Shown here: piece after piece, positions 54,193-64,000 of the stretch
Layout: each line of letters starts with the position of its first letter
Numbering within the stretch: the first letter of the stretch is position 1
Assembly: GCA_043819795.1 (NCBI GenBank)
Contig: JBDREN010000140.1
Coordinates: 1-64,000, forward strand
DNA from: Elusimicrobiota bacterium
GTDB lineage: Bacteria > Elusimicrobiota > Elusimicrobia > UBA1565
Reading direction: 5' to 3'
DNA: 64,000 nucleotides
Program-made: the position numbers and the translations under genes
The notes under the pieces: generated by a model
Told to the model about the DNA's origin: nothing
The model's input: the letters and a program-made list of their open reading frames with translations, nothing else
Databases searched by the model: none

Positions 54193-54563
54193 GCGGCCGG
54201 CAAGCGCTTCCCGCCCGCGTCCTCGAGCGGATGCGCGCCTATCCCCCGTTCTACCGGAAAGTCTGGATGGCCTGCGCCCGGATACCCCGCGGCCAGGTGC
54301 GGACCTACGGCTGGATCGCGCGCCGGATAGGAAATCCCGGAGCGGCGCGCGCCGTGGGCCGGGCGCTCGCCAAGAACCCCTTCGCGCCCCACGTCCCCTG
54401 TCACCGGGTCGTGGGGGCCGACGGACGGCTCACCGGCTTCTCCGCCCCCGGCGGGATCGAGGCGAAGCGCAGGCTCCTGGAGAAGGAAGGCGCGCTTCAG
54501 CCGCGCCCGCGGCCCGCTAAGAGCGAATCCGGAGAATTCCGGCGGAATTCTCCGGATTCGTGA
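54189..54563 (+). CDS. ogt: Methylated-DNA--protein-cysteine methyltransferase (C-terminal domain only)
   Basis: IPRGQVRTYG, ARAVG, PCHRVV. Confidence 0.88.
   Translation: MSGRQALPARVLERMRAYPPFYRKVWMACARIPRGQVRTYGWIARRIGNPGAARAVGRALAKNPFAPHVPCHRVVGADGRLTGFSAPGGIEAKRRLLEKEGALQPRPRPAKSESGEFRRNSPDS
54524..54560. terminator. Perfect 17-bp hairpin at the ogt/pilC convergence
   Basis: CGAATCCGGAGAATTCC-GGC-GGAATTCTCCGGATTCG; no U-tract, so terminator function is uncertain. Confidence 0.45.
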
Positions 54564-54584
54564 TACCCCCGGCCGTCCCGCCCG

Positions 54585-55805
54585 CTACTCCACCATGCTG
54601 CCCATCTCGAACATGGGCATGAACATCGCGATGACGATGCTCCCGATCACGACGCCCATGACCACGATGACGATGGGTTCGATCATCGAGGTGAGGCCCT
54701 TGACGGCCGTGTCCACCTCCTGGTCGTAGAAATCGGCGATCTTGCTCAGCATCTGGTCGAGGCTCCCGGTCTCCTCGCCCACGCCGATCATCTGAGTGAC
54801 CATCGCCGGGAAGAGCCCGCTCTTCTTGAGCGGATCGGCCAGGCGCCCGCCTTCCCGGATGGACTCGCGCGCGTCGAGCACGGCCGCCTCGATGATGACG
54901 TTGCCCGCGGTCGCGGCCACGGTCTCCAGGCCCTGCATGATCGGAACGCCCGACTTGATCAGGGTCCCCAGCGTCCGGCAGAACTTGGCCACGGCGACCT
55001 TCTTAAGCAGGATGCCGAAGATCGGGGCGTTGAGCACCTTCGAGTCCACGAGCTTCCTGCCGTTCGGGGTCCTGTAGAACTTCTTGAACCCGAAGAAGAG
55101 GGCGACCGGCGTGATGAAGATCATGTACCACTTGGAGATCAAGGCGTCCGAGATGTCCATCAGCACCTGCGTCGGCATCGGCAGCTCCTTGCCGAAGCTC
55201 TCAAAGATGGTCTTGAAGGTCGGGATGACGCAAGTCAGGAGGAATATCGTCACCACGCCGCAGATCGTCAGGACGATCGCCGGGTACATCATCGCGGACT
55301 TGACCTTCGCCTTGAGCGCCTCGGCCGACTCGAGGAAGCCCGACAGGCGCTCCAAGATGGTGTCGAGGATGCCGCCCAGCTCTCCGGCCCGGATCATCGC
55401 CGTGTAGACCTCCGGGAACGCGTCCGGGTGCTTCTTCAGGGCGTCCGATATCGACAGGCCGGCCTCGATGTCGCCGCGGACCTCGCCGAGGACCGAGCGG
55501 AAGGTCGGGTTCTCTTGCTGCTCCTCGAGGATGGTGAGGCTCTGGACGATCGGGACGCCAGCCGACACGAGCGTGGAGAGCTGCCGCGAGAAGAGGACCA
55601 GGTCCTTCGACCCCACCGCCGGCTTGCCCAGCCCGATGGCGTTCTTGATCTTATCGATCGGGCTCTCGGTCTGCTCGCCGATCTCGATGACCACCAGCGC
55701 CTGGGACTTAAGCTTCCTGACCGCCTCATCCTGCTTGGGCGCGTCGAGAACCCCGGTGATCTCCTTCCCGCTGGACTCTCTGGCCCTGTAGGCGAATGTG
55801 GGCAT
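54585..55805 (-). CDS. pilC: Type IV pilus platform protein PilC
   Basis: FSRQLSTLVSAGVP, AGELGGILD, SAMMYP, GEETGSLDQML. Confidence 0.95.
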   Translation of the reverse strand: MPTFAYRARESSGKEITGVLDAPKQDEAVRKLKSQALVVIEIGEQTESPIDKIKNAIGLGKPAVGSKDLVLFSRQLSTLVSAGVPIVQSLTILEEQQENPTFRSVLGEVRGDIEAGLSISDALKKHPDAFPEVYTAMIRAGELGGILDTILERLSGFLESAEALKAKVKSAMMYPAIVLTICGVVTIFLLTCVIPTFKTIFESFGKELPMPTQVLMDISDALISKWYMIFITPVALFFGFKKFYRTPNGRKLVDSKVLNAPIFGILLKKVAVAKFCRTLGTLIKSGVPIMQGLETVAATAGNVIIEAAVLDARESIREGGRLADPLKKSGLFPAMVTQMIGVGEETGSLDQMLSKIADFYDQEVDTAVKGLTSMIEPIVIVVMGVVIGSIVIAMFMPMFEMGSMVE

Positions 55806-55827
55806 GGTCTCTCTCCCTTGGCTCCCT

Positions 55828-56904
55828 TCAGCGCGTCGCCGTCATCCCGCGCTGGATCAGGCGCTTGAGGTCCTCCGGATCGGTCGAGCGCAGCAGCGCC
55901 TCCTGGTAGGCCACCAGGCCCTTCTTGTAGAGCTGCGCCAGCGACTGGTTCATCGTCTGCATACCGTACTTGCCGCCGGTCTGGATCGTCATCAGGATCT
56001 GCTCGATCTTCTGCTCGCGCACCAGGTTCCGGATCGCCGGGGTGACCATCAGCACCTCGCAGGCCATCGCCCGGCCGGTGCCGCTCGCGGCGGGGACGAG
56101 GACCTGGCAGAAGATCGCCTGCAGGACGAACGACAGCTGGACGCGGACCTGCTCCTGCTGGTGCGGCGGGAACACGTCGATCATGCGGTTGATCGTCTGC
56201 CCGCTGTCGTTGGTGTGGAGCGTGGCGAAGACCAGGTGGCCCGTCTCGGCGATGGTCAGCGCCGCCTGGATCGTCTCGAGGTCGCGCAGCTCGCCGACCA
56301 GGATCACGTCCGGGTCCTGCCGCAGGATGTGCCGGAGGGCCGCCCCGAACGTGCCCGTATCCTGCCCCACCTCACGCTGGTTGACGAGGCTCTTCTTGTG
56401 AGTATGCACGTACTCGATCGGGTCCTCGACCGTCACGATGTGCAGGCTCCTGCGCTCGTTGAGGAAATCGATGATGCTGGCCAGTGTCGTGGACTTTCCG
56501 CTCCCCGTGGGGCCCGTGACGAGGACCAGGCCCTTCTGGATCTTGACGACATCGTAGATCACCTGGGGCAGCCCGAGCTCCTGGAAGGTCATGAAGGACT
56601 GGGGGATGGCGCGTATCACGGACCCGACGGCTCCGCGCTGGCGGAAGACGTTCATGCGCAGCCGCCCGATGCCCTTGAGCCCGAACGCCAGGTCGAGCTC
56701 GTTGGTGGCCTCGAAGCGCTGGCGCTGGTCGTCGGTCATCATCGAGAAGATCATCCTCTGGGTCATCTCGCCATTGAGCTTCTCGAAGGGGGTCGGGACG
56801 AGCTCCCCGTCGACGCGCAACGTGGGCGGGGCGCCCGAGGTGATGTGGAGGTCGGACGCGTTGCGCTCGTGCATCATCATGAAAAGCTCGCTCATCGATA
56901 TCAT
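55828..56904 (-). CDS. pilT: Twitching motility ATPase PilT
   Basis: ASDLH, GPTGSGKSTT, LRQDPDVILVGELRD, TPAIRNLVRE, GMQTM. Confidence 0.95.
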   Translation of the reverse strand: MISMSELFMMMHERNASDLHITSGAPPTLRVDGELVPTPFEKLNGEMTQRMIFSMMTDDQRQRFEATNELDLAFGLKGIGRLRMNVFRQRGAVGSVIRAIPQSFMTFQELGLPQVIYDVVKIQKGLVLVTGPTGSGKSTTLASIIDFLNERRSLHIVTVEDPIEYVHTHKKSLVNQREVGQDTGTFGAALRHILRQDPDVILVGELRDLETIQAALTIAETGHLVFATLHTNDSGQTINRMIDVFPPHQQEQVRVQLSFVLQAIFCQVLVPAASGTGRAMACEVLMVTPAIRNLVREQKIEQILMTIQTGGKYGMQTMNQSLAQLYKKGLVAYQEALLRSTDPEDLKRLIQRGMTATR

Positions 56905-56962
56905 GTTGCTTTCTCCTCGTGCCCTGTCCTTTCTCTCCCCCGACGCGGCCGCTCCGCCCGGC

Positions 56963-58777
56963 TCACTCGGAGGCCGTGACCCGGATCATCTCCTCCACGG
57001 TGGTCTCCCCGGAGAGCAGCTTCCGGGTCGCGCACACACGCAGGCTCAGCATCCCCTGCTTGAGCGCCAGGTCCCTGAGCTGCGAGGCCGGCGCCCGGTC
57101 CATGATGAGCTGGCGCATGGGGTCGCTCACCTCGAGGACCTCGTAGAGTCCCCGCCGCCCCCGGTAGCCGGTGCCCGCGCAGTTCTCGCAGCCCTTGCCG
57201 CGCGCGAGGGCCACCTTCCCCTCGGAGACCTGCATCTGCTGCTTCCTGATGCCGAACTTGACGAGCCAGTCCGGGTCGACCTCGTAGGTCTCCCGGCAGT
57301 TCTTGCAGACGCCGCGGGTCAGGCGCTGGGCCACCACCATGAGCAAAGACGAGCTCATGAGGAAGGGCTCGATCCCCATCATGCCCATGCGCGTGATCGC
57401 GCCGGGGGCGTCGTTGGTATGAAGCGTGGAGAAGACGAGGTGCCCGGTCAAAGCGGCGTTGATCGCGACCGAGAGCGTCTCGATGTCGCGGACCTCGCCG
57501 ACCATGATGATGTCCGGATCCTGCCGGAGGAACGACCGCAGCCCGTGAGAGAAGGTGAGGCCCAGCTCGGCGTTGACCTGCACCTGGTTGATCCCGGCGA
57601 CCTGGTACTCGACGGGGTCCTCCACCGTCGAGATGTTCACGCCGGGCTGGTTGAGGATGGAAAGCGCGGAGTAGAGGGTCGTGGACTTTCCGCTCCCGGT
57701 CGGCCCGGTGATGAGGTTGATGCCGTAGGGGGCCTTGATGCATTTATTGAAGACCGCGAGGGACTCCGGCTCGAAGCCCAGCTGATTGAGGTTGACGTCG
57801 AGCGCCGAGGTGTCGAGCACGCGCATGACGATCTTCTCGCCGTGGACGCAGGGCAAGCAGGAGACGCGCAGCGCGTACTCCTTCTTCGCGATCTTGAGCT
57901 TGATGCGCCCGTCCTGCGGGAGGCGCTTCTCGGCGATGTCGAGGTTGGCCATGATCTTGATGCGGGAGACCAGGGCGTTCTGGAAGCGCTTCGGCGGGGT
58001 GGGCTGCTGGCTGAGCACCCCGTCGATGCGGAAGCGCACCGCCAGGGCCTTGGCGAAGGGCTCGATGTGGATGTCCGAGGCCTTGGCCTTGATCGCCGAG
58101 GAGATGATGAGGTTGGCCATCTGGATGACCGGCGACTCCGCCCCGGACCTCTCCAGGCTGAGGATGTCCTCGCCGCCCGCATCTTCCTCCATCTCCTTGT
58201 CGATGACGTCGACCCCTTTGGCGTCCGCCTCGGAACCGCCGCTCATCTTGAGGATGTCCTCGAGGACGTCCTCGGCCGACTCCTGTTTGTAGTACTTGTC
58301 GATGGCCGCCAGGATGTCCCTCTCCGCGGCCAGGACAGAGATGATCTCGAAGCCCGTCATCGCCTTGAGGTCGTCGAAGATCAGGACGTTGAGGGGGTCC
58401 GCGACCGCTATCGTGAGCGTCGTGCCCTCCTTCGCGCTCTCCTCGATGTCGATGGGGATCAGCACGTACTGCCTCGCGATGCTCTCGGGAACCTTCGCCA
58501 CGATCTCTTCGGAAATCTCGCCGGCCTCGGCCAGCCTCACGTAGCGGATGCCGCACTGCTCGGCGAGGAACTGCAGGAGCGTCTCCTCCTGGAGGTGGCC
58601 GTGCTGGACCAGGATGGCGCCCAGCTTGCCGCCGGTCCTGCGCTGGGCCTCTAGGGCCTCGTCAAGCTGCTCCTGGTTGATGACGCCTGTATCGACCATC
58701 ATGTCGCCCAGGCGCTTGGGCAGACTCAGCGAAATCGAATGTATCTCAGGTGATGGCATAGCCTCTGTCGGGGGCAT
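56963..58777 (-). CDS. pilB: Type IV pilus assembly ATPase PilB
   Basis: MshEN-like RLGDMMV...KLGAILV, ASDIHIEP, RLPQDGR, GPTGSGKST, CxxC...CxxC, GYRGR. Confidence 0.95.
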   Translation of the reverse strand: MPPTEAMPSPEIHSISLSLPKRLGDMMVDTGVINQEQLDEALEAQRRTGGKLGAILVQHGHLQEETLLQFLAEQCGIRYVRLAEAGEISEEIVAKVPESIARQYVLIPIDIEESAKEGTTLTIAVADPLNVLIFDDLKAMTGFEIISVLAAERDILAAIDKYYKQESAEDVLEDILKMSGGSEADAKGVDVIDKEMEEDAGGEDILSLERSGAESPVIQMANLIISSAIKAKASDIHIEPFAKALAVRFRIDGVLSQQPTPPKRFQNALVSRIKIMANLDIAEKRLPQDGRIKLKIAKKEYALRVSCLPCVHGEKIVMRVLDTSALDVNLNQLGFEPESLAVFNKCIKAPYGINLITGPTGSGKSTTLYSALSILNQPGVNISTVEDPVEYQVAGINQVQVNAELGLTFSHGLRSFLRQDPDIIMVGEVRDIETLSVAINAALTGHLVFSTLHTNDAPGAITRMGMMGIEPFLMSSSLLMVVAQRLTRGVCKNCRETYEVDPDWLVKFGIRKQQMQVSEGKVALARGKGCENCAGTGYRGRRGLYEVLEVSDPMRQLIMDRAPASQLRDLALKQGMLSLRVCATRKLLSGETTVEEMIRVTASE

Positions 58778-58987
58778 CGCTCGGCGGGGAACACTCCGAC
58801 AAGCATTAGTTAACAGCTAAATATGCTTTTGTCAATATGGCTTTTGGCCGGTCCATCGACTCCCCGGCCCGAAGGACGACGGTCGCCCCTGAGCGAGCCC
58901 CGGGGCCCTTGCCCCCGGGACCCAGGCGTTGAAGGCTTCCGCCCCGCGTCCCTCGCCGCAATGCGGTTCTTGGGCGAACGCAACGGG

Positions 58988-61777
58988 TCAGGGCCGGAGC
59001 TCCAGGTTGTCCGCTCCCGGGTTGTTGAAGCCCCCGGCGGTCCGCCCGCCCGCCTCGCCCAGGTCCTCCTCATCGGGGAGGGGCAGCTGAGCCTCCCCTT
59101 GCGACGAGCGGGGGGACCGGGTCCTCTTCCGGGCGCCGCCCGAGGAGCCTTGCGAGCCCCGGCGAGAGCGGGAGACGCCGCCCCGCAGAAGGTCCGCTGC
59201 CTCGGCATTGAGTCCCTTCAACGCCTTGCGGGCGAGATCGACCTCGAACCGGTAGGCGGCGGTGGGCTTTTTGCTTTGAGCCCCCTTGAACACCTTGAAC
59301 TCGACCAGCCAGACGTTAGCGCCCACGGCGCCGGCCGACCATTCCGGCGTGCTGCCGGGGATGAGGAAGGAGTACTGCAGCCACTGCCCGACCGAACCCC
59401 GCCGCTCGTCGAGGAAATAGTTCTTCACGAACTCGATCGCTTCCACCCGCTGGTCCTGTATGTAATCGGGGCCCGGCGGGGCGGCCTGGGTGGGCTGCGC
59501 GGCCGGGACGGCGGCCGGCGGGAGGCCCGGCTCCGGACTCCGCTCGGGGGATTGAGCCTCCGGCTCCTCCTCGAGGCCCGTGGCGGCGTCCTCCTGGAAA
59601 ACGCCGCCCGCGCCCTGCACACCGGTCCCGAACTCCTCTTGCGGCGACGTCTCCGGAGCCATGTCCACCAGCTGCACCACCTGCTTCGGGTTCTTCAGGA
59701 ACAGGAACATGACCACCACGAGACCGACCAGGGCGGCGCCCAGCCCGATCAGGAACTTCTTCGGCGGCACCCGCTTGGACTTCGAGAGCGCCGGCGTGGG
59801 TCCCTTCTTCCCCGATGGAAGGGCCGGTCCGCCGATCGTGACCGGGGACTTCGTGGCCGTCGTCGGCTGGATGGCCGGCGCGCCTCCGCCCAACATGTCC
59901 TCGAAAGACTGCATCCCCGGCGCGGGCGGGAACGCTCCGGCCTCAGGGCCGCCCGCCTCGACTCCCGTCAAGGGCGGAGTGGCGCCGGGAAACGGAATCT
60001 GCCGGCCCGGCCCGGTCAGCGGGATCTCGGGCCCCTTCAATATGGTGTGAGGCAGCCCCAGCTGCTGCGCCTGGCCCGGCTCCGAGAGCGGGATCGGCAT
60101 CGGCGTAGGGGCCTGCCCGGGCATCCCCTGGATGAGCTCGACGCCCTCAGGGGGCTGTCCGGCGCCGAACCCGCCTGTCTGCCAGGCTTCCGGCTCCGGC
60201 GGCGTCAGACTGAGGGACTCCAATCCCGACGTATCGTCCGGAGGCTGCCCCGGCACCCCCATGAGCATCGTCTTCGGCTGCTCGAAAGAGCCCGACATCG
60301 CGGGCTGGTCGACGGCCCCGGCTTCGCCGGGACCCGGCAGCGGCGGAGGCTCCAGGGGAAACTCGGGGACATCCGGCGTCGGGCCGCCTTCGGGCAGCGG
60401 CGGCGGAGCCTGAAGGCCGGGCTCGGACGCCGAAGGGTGGTGAATCGTTGCGGCGTCTTGCGTCGGCCCCCAGGAAGGCGGGGCTCCGGGCAGATCGGGA
60501 CCGGAAGATGCTTCGCCCGCTTCCGGGATGGGAACCCCGGCAAGAGGGGCTTGCGCGGCGGGACCGGCGTATTCCTCTGAGGCGGCCATGGGTGGCGCCT
60601 CCAACTCCGGGGGCGCCTCATCGGCGCCCGCCGCGGGCGCCGGAAACCCGCCCAAAGGAGCTTCCACCGCCGGACCACCGGCCGCCTCTTCGCCGGCGAC
60701 CATGGGTCCGGCCGCTTCCGGAGGCGGAAGCATGGTCTCATCGGGGACGGGAGGCACGAACTCCAACGGCGCCGCCATTTCAGAAACCGATTTGAGGGCC
60801 GTCGCCTCGGGGACTCCGGTATCGAGCGGCGGCGACGTCTCCGCCCCCTCTGGTGGAGCGGCCTCCGCCGGCGCCTTCGCCCGCTCCGGGGCCGCCTCCG
60901 GGACATGGATATCCGGGATATCCGGGATATCCAACTCGGGAACGCTCTCGGGGCGGGCGGGGCCATCGATCGTCCCGGGGCCGGGCACGGTGGCAGCCTC
61001 GTCCGCGGCTCTAAAGGCATCCGAAATCGGGGACGCGCCTTCGATTGGAGACTCGGGGAAAGGCGCTGCCTCTCCCGCGGGCGCGGGGTTCTCGGCGCGC
61101 GCCTCGTCCGCGACCTTGGGCGCCTCCGATGTCGGGAAGACGATTCCCTTTTGAGATCCGGGGATAAACGCGGCGCCTGCCGCGGACGCGGCGGCCCCGG
61201 CGGCGCCGGGAGGCCGCGCCTCGATCTCGGCTACCCGGGCGCGGAGGTTCTCGAGAGCCCGGTCTTTTTCGGCCAGCAGGCGGTCCTTCTCGTTGAGCTT
61301 GTCGAGGATCTCGTTCTGGCGCTTCTCGTTGCTTTCAAGCTGGTCCTTGAGCTCGCAGAGCCGCGCCTCCAGCTCCCGCGTCTCGCGCTCCGCGGATTGC
61401 GCTCCGGAACGGAGATGCCCCGGCAGGACGCCCCAGAGCGGGGACAGCCGGGGGTCCCTCTGGATCTCGGCGGCCCATTCCTCGGACACGCCGATGCTCT
61501 CGAGCGCGGCGTGGGCCTCGTCCTGGAAGCTCTCGAAAGCCTCCGAAACGACGCCCGGCGCGAGCGACGCGGAGGGCGCGCCCCCCCCTTCCGCCCCGCC
61601 GAGCGACGTCTCCGCCGGCTCCAGCACGCTCTGCAAGGGCTGCCAATCCTGCTCCTTGGTGCCGAGCGCCCCTTCTCCGCAGACGAGGCTGTCCCCGTGA
61701 AGACCGGGGACCGAAGCGATCTCCTCGGCGCCGAAAGGACCGAGGATGCGGGAGTCCTGGTAGACCCAGTAGCGCAT
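58988..61777 (-). CDS. Membrane-anchored protein: N-terminal GYF-like domain, coiled coil, Pro-rich linker, TM helix, periplasmic domain
   Basis: MRYWVYQDSRILGPF...WQPL; long P/A/E-rich stretch; FLIGLGAALVGLVVVMFLFL. Confidence 0.7.
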   Translation of the reverse strand: MRYWVYQDSRILGPFGAEEIASVPGLHGDSLVCGEGALGTKEQDWQPLQSVLEPAETSLGGAEGGGAPSASLAPGVVSEAFESFQDEAHAALESIGVSEEWAAEIQRDPRLSPLWGVLPGHLRSGAQSAERETRELEARLCELKDQLESNEKRQNEILDKLNEKDRLLAEKDRALENLRARVAEIEARPPGAAGAAASAAGAAFIPGSQKGIVFPTSEAPKVADEARAENPAPAGEAAPFPESPIEGASPISDAFRAADEAATVPGPGTIDGPARPESVPELDIPDIPDIHVPEAAPERAKAPAEAAPPEGAETSPPLDTGVPEATALKSVSEMAAPLEFVPPVPDETMLPPPEAAGPMVAGEEAAGGPAVEAPLGGFPAPAAGADEAPPELEAPPMAASEEYAGPAAQAPLAGVPIPEAGEASSGPDLPGAPPSWGPTQDAATIHHPSASEPGLQAPPPLPEGGPTPDVPEFPLEPPPLPGPGEAGAVDQPAMSGSFEQPKTMLMGVPGQPPDDTSGLESLSLTPPEPEAWQTGGFGAGQPPEGVELIQGMPGQAPTPMPIPLSEPGQAQQLGLPHTILKGPEIPLTGPGRQIPFPGATPPLTGVEAGGPEAGAFPPAPGMQSFEDMLGGGAPAIQPTTATKSPVTIGGPALPSGKKGPTPALSKSKRVPPKKFLIGLGAALVGLVVVMFLFLKNPKQVVQLVDMAPETSPQEEFGTGVQGAGGVFQEDAATGLEEEPEAQSPERSPEPGLPPAAVPAAQPTQAAPPGPDYIQDQRVEAIEFVKNYFLDERRGSVGQWLQYSFLIPGSTPEWSAGAVGANVWLVEFKVFKGAQSKKPTAAYRFEVDLARKALKGLNAEAADLLRGGVSRSRRGSQGSSGGARKRTRSPRSSQGEAQLPLPDEEDLGEAGGRTAGGFNNPGADNLELRP

Positions 61778-61854
61778 CCTTAATAGTGTTGCGCAAGATT
61801 GTTAAGAATTCAATACGCCGGGGTCGGACGGTTTCGCGTAAGGCGCTAGCAGGA

Positions 61855-63843
61855 CTACTTCTGGAACCCCAATATCTTGCCGAGGCACTCGATCACGGCG
61901 GGGTCGAACTTGCCCTGCCGGGTGTCCTTCTCCATCTCCGAGAAGGCTGCCCGATAGTCCCAGCGGTCCCGGTACGGACGCCAGGAGGTGAGGGCGTCGT
62001 AGGAGTCGGCCACGGCCAGGATCCGGGCGCCTATGGGAATCTTGTCCCCGGCCAGGCCCTGCGGATACCCGGAGCCGTTGAAGGCCTCGTGGTGCGACCG
62101 GATCATGTCGAACATGGACTCCTTCCGGTAGCCCAGCTTCCGGAGGATGCTCACGCTCTCCTCGGAATGCTTCGTGACCTCGGCGTACTCCTCCTTGTTG
62201 AGGCTTCCGGCCCGATTGAGGATGTGGTGCGGGACGATGGCCTTGCCCACGTCGAGCAGATAGCCGCCCTCGAGGACGTCCCTCTTCTCGTCTTCGGAGA
62301 GCTTCAGCGCGTCCGCCAGAGCGTAGGCCACGAAGCCGGTCCCCCGGGAATGGCCGACGCAGCCGTCGAGCGCCTCCGTCGGCAGGATGCTGTCCTCCGG
62401 ATACGCGACCAGCTTCCCGGTCACCCGGCAGTAACGGTCGCAGAGCTCCTTGGGGATCTTCTCGCGGTCTTCCAGCGGGTTCCTGATGCCGTCCACCTCG
62501 TAGAGGCGTATGCGGGTCTTGCGTCCGCGGATCGCGATCGCCTCCATCTGGGCCATCTTCATTGAGGTGTCCGCGTAGGCGACTTTCGTCTTGTCGTCCT
62601 TGGGGTCGAGGTCCAGGGCCCGCTTGAAGTAGTCGTTGGCCTGGACGTGATCGTTCGCGTCGACGAGCAGATACCCGAGCGTCTTGAGCAGCTCCGCGTC
62701 GTCCGGCTTCTTGTCCAGCGCCTCGACGGCCTCCGTGATGCTCTTGACGAGCTCCGGGGAGGTGAACTTGTCGTAGGAGAAGAGCGTCTTCCTCGTCGCC
62801 GTTATGAATACCTTGACGTCCTCGTAGGTGGCCTCGTCGATCGTGACCTTGCCGGGCGCGCCGGTCTCCTCGATCCGCTCGGCGAGGTTGACCGCGTCGC
62901 CGATGGCGGTATAGGTCTGCCGCTTGTGGCCGATCAGCCCGATGATGGGCTCCCCCGAGGCGATCCCGACCCGCATCTGCCAGGGGAAGTTCCCCTTCGC
63001 CAGCCTTTCCTGCATCTTGAGCCCGGTAAGGACCGCGAGCAGGGCGTGCCGCTCGTAGTCGATCGGGGCGCCGAACTCGGCCATGATCCCGTCGCCGATG
63101 TACTTGTCGATGTGGGCCCGGTACTCCAGGAGGACGCCCTCCATCTCGCGCAGGAACTTGTTGAGGTCGGTGATCACCACCTCGGCCCGCCTCTCCTCCG
63201 AGTAGTGGGTGAAGCCCTTGAGGTCCGAGAACAGAACGCTGATCTTCCTCTTCTCGGTCCGCAGCCGCTTCTCGATGATAAGCCGGACGACGGAGGCGTC
63301 CATGGTGGAGTAGAGCGCGTCCTCCACCTTCTTCTTGAGGTCCTCGATGGCCTCTTTGGACTTCTCCAGGCTCTCGGTCCGCTCGCGGACGTTCACCTCG
63401 AGGTTCTCCGCGTAGTCGCGCAGCTCCTTGTCGGCGGTCTCCAGCCTGTCCTTGCTGCCCTTCAAATCCTCGTTGAGGCCGCGGACCTGCTCGACCTCCA
63501 GCTTGAGCTTCTCGTTGAGGCCGCCGACCACGACCCCGGTCAGGACCAGGAAGCTCGCCCAGGTCACGATGTTCATCGCCAGATCCAAGAGCTCGGAGCC
63601 GGGCACGAAGGTCTCCGGGAACAGGTATGCGTAGATGCAGACCATCAGGATGCCGAAGAAGGCGCCCAGCAGGGCCCTGCGCAGGTCCAAGTAGTAAGCC
63701 GCCAGCAGGACGGGGATGAAGTAGAAGTTCAGAAAGGCCAGCTTGTAAGGAATGAAGTAGTTAATGATGACGGCGCTGATGAGGATCAGCAGGACGAAGG
63801 ACTGCTCGAAATGCTTGAGGAAATACTCTTTTATGGATTGCAT
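61855..63843 (-). CDS. Membrane class III adenylate cyclase-TPR-HD-GYP fusion protein
   Basis: About 4 TM helices; FSDLKGFT, DKYIGDGIMAEFG, YTAIGDAVNLAERIE; TPR; LDVGK...HHEAFNGSGYP...ADSYDALTSWRPYR. Confidence 0.88.
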   Translation of the reverse strand: MQSIKEYFLKHFEQSFVLLILISAVIINYFIPYKLAFLNFYFIPVLLAAYYLDLRRALLGAFFGILMVCIYAYLFPETFVPGSELLDLAMNIVTWASFLVLTGVVVGGLNEKLKLEVEQVRGLNEDLKGSKDRLETADKELRDYAENLEVNVRERTESLEKSKEAIEDLKKKVEDALYSTMDASVVRLIIEKRLRTEKRKISVLFSDLKGFTHYSEERRAEVVITDLNKFLREMEGVLLEYRAHIDKYIGDGIMAEFGAPIDYERHALLAVLTGLKMQERLAKGNFPWQMRVGIASGEPIIGLIGHKRQTYTAIGDAVNLAERIEETGAPGKVTIDEATYEDVKVFITATRKTLFSYDKFTSPELVKSITEAVEALDKKPDDAELLKTLGYLLVDANDHVQANDYFKRALDLDPKDDKTKVAYADTSMKMAQMEAIAIRGRKTRIRLYEVDGIRNPLEDREKIPKELCDRYCRVTGKLVAYPEDSILPTEALDGCVGHSRGTGFVAYALADALKLSEDEKRDVLEGGYLLDVGKAIVPHHILNRAGSLNKEEYAEVTKHSEESVSILRKLGYRKESMFDMIRSHHEAFNGSGYPQGLAGDKIPIGARILAVADSYDALTSWRPYRDRWDYRAAFSEMEKDTRQGKFDPAVIECLGKILGFQK

Positions 63844-64000
63844 AGGCCCCGAAACCGCGCCGCCGTCTCCGCGCGAGACGAGTCGCACGGTATCGAGAGT
63901 ATCCTACTTTGCGCGCGTTTTTGCAACAGGATCGATGTCAGTGTTGATGTCAGCGCCGGGTTACCAGGAAGGGCCGTCCGCCGCCGGCGGACGGCAGGTC

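Overview
GC-rich bacterial chromosome segment. The paralogous prepilin-type genes and overall gene style suggest Elusimicrobiota, but this is an inference. The left ~9.3 kb looks like stacked islands at a tRNA-Leu(TAA) locus: two truncated 5' tRNA halves bracket Hsp20, an IS630 remnant, an SPFH gene and a complete cyanophycin module (iaaA <- -> cphB-cphA). Next is a RAYT/Y1 HUH transposase inside perfect 39-bp iteron-containing inverted repeats. The rest is mostly core and envelope genes: PLD, squalene/phytoene synthase, proS, two pilins each beside orphan membrane-protein paralogs, signalling proteins, thyX, GH57-like, phoH-ybeY, leuS-lptE-holA, rpsT, uvrC, ogt, pilC-pilT-pilB, and a cyclase/HD-GYP fusion. 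Five signals stand out: (1) a 2077-aa secreted LamG protein whose repeats read as recursively nested, circularly permuted domains; (2) a ~63-nt palindromic element inserted in frame into four to five protein genes, always on the same DNA strand; (3) the iteron-TIR RAYT; (4) several enzymes with substituted catalytic residues; (5) leaderless and bidirectional promoters. All family assignments come from motif recognition by eye; no searches were run.
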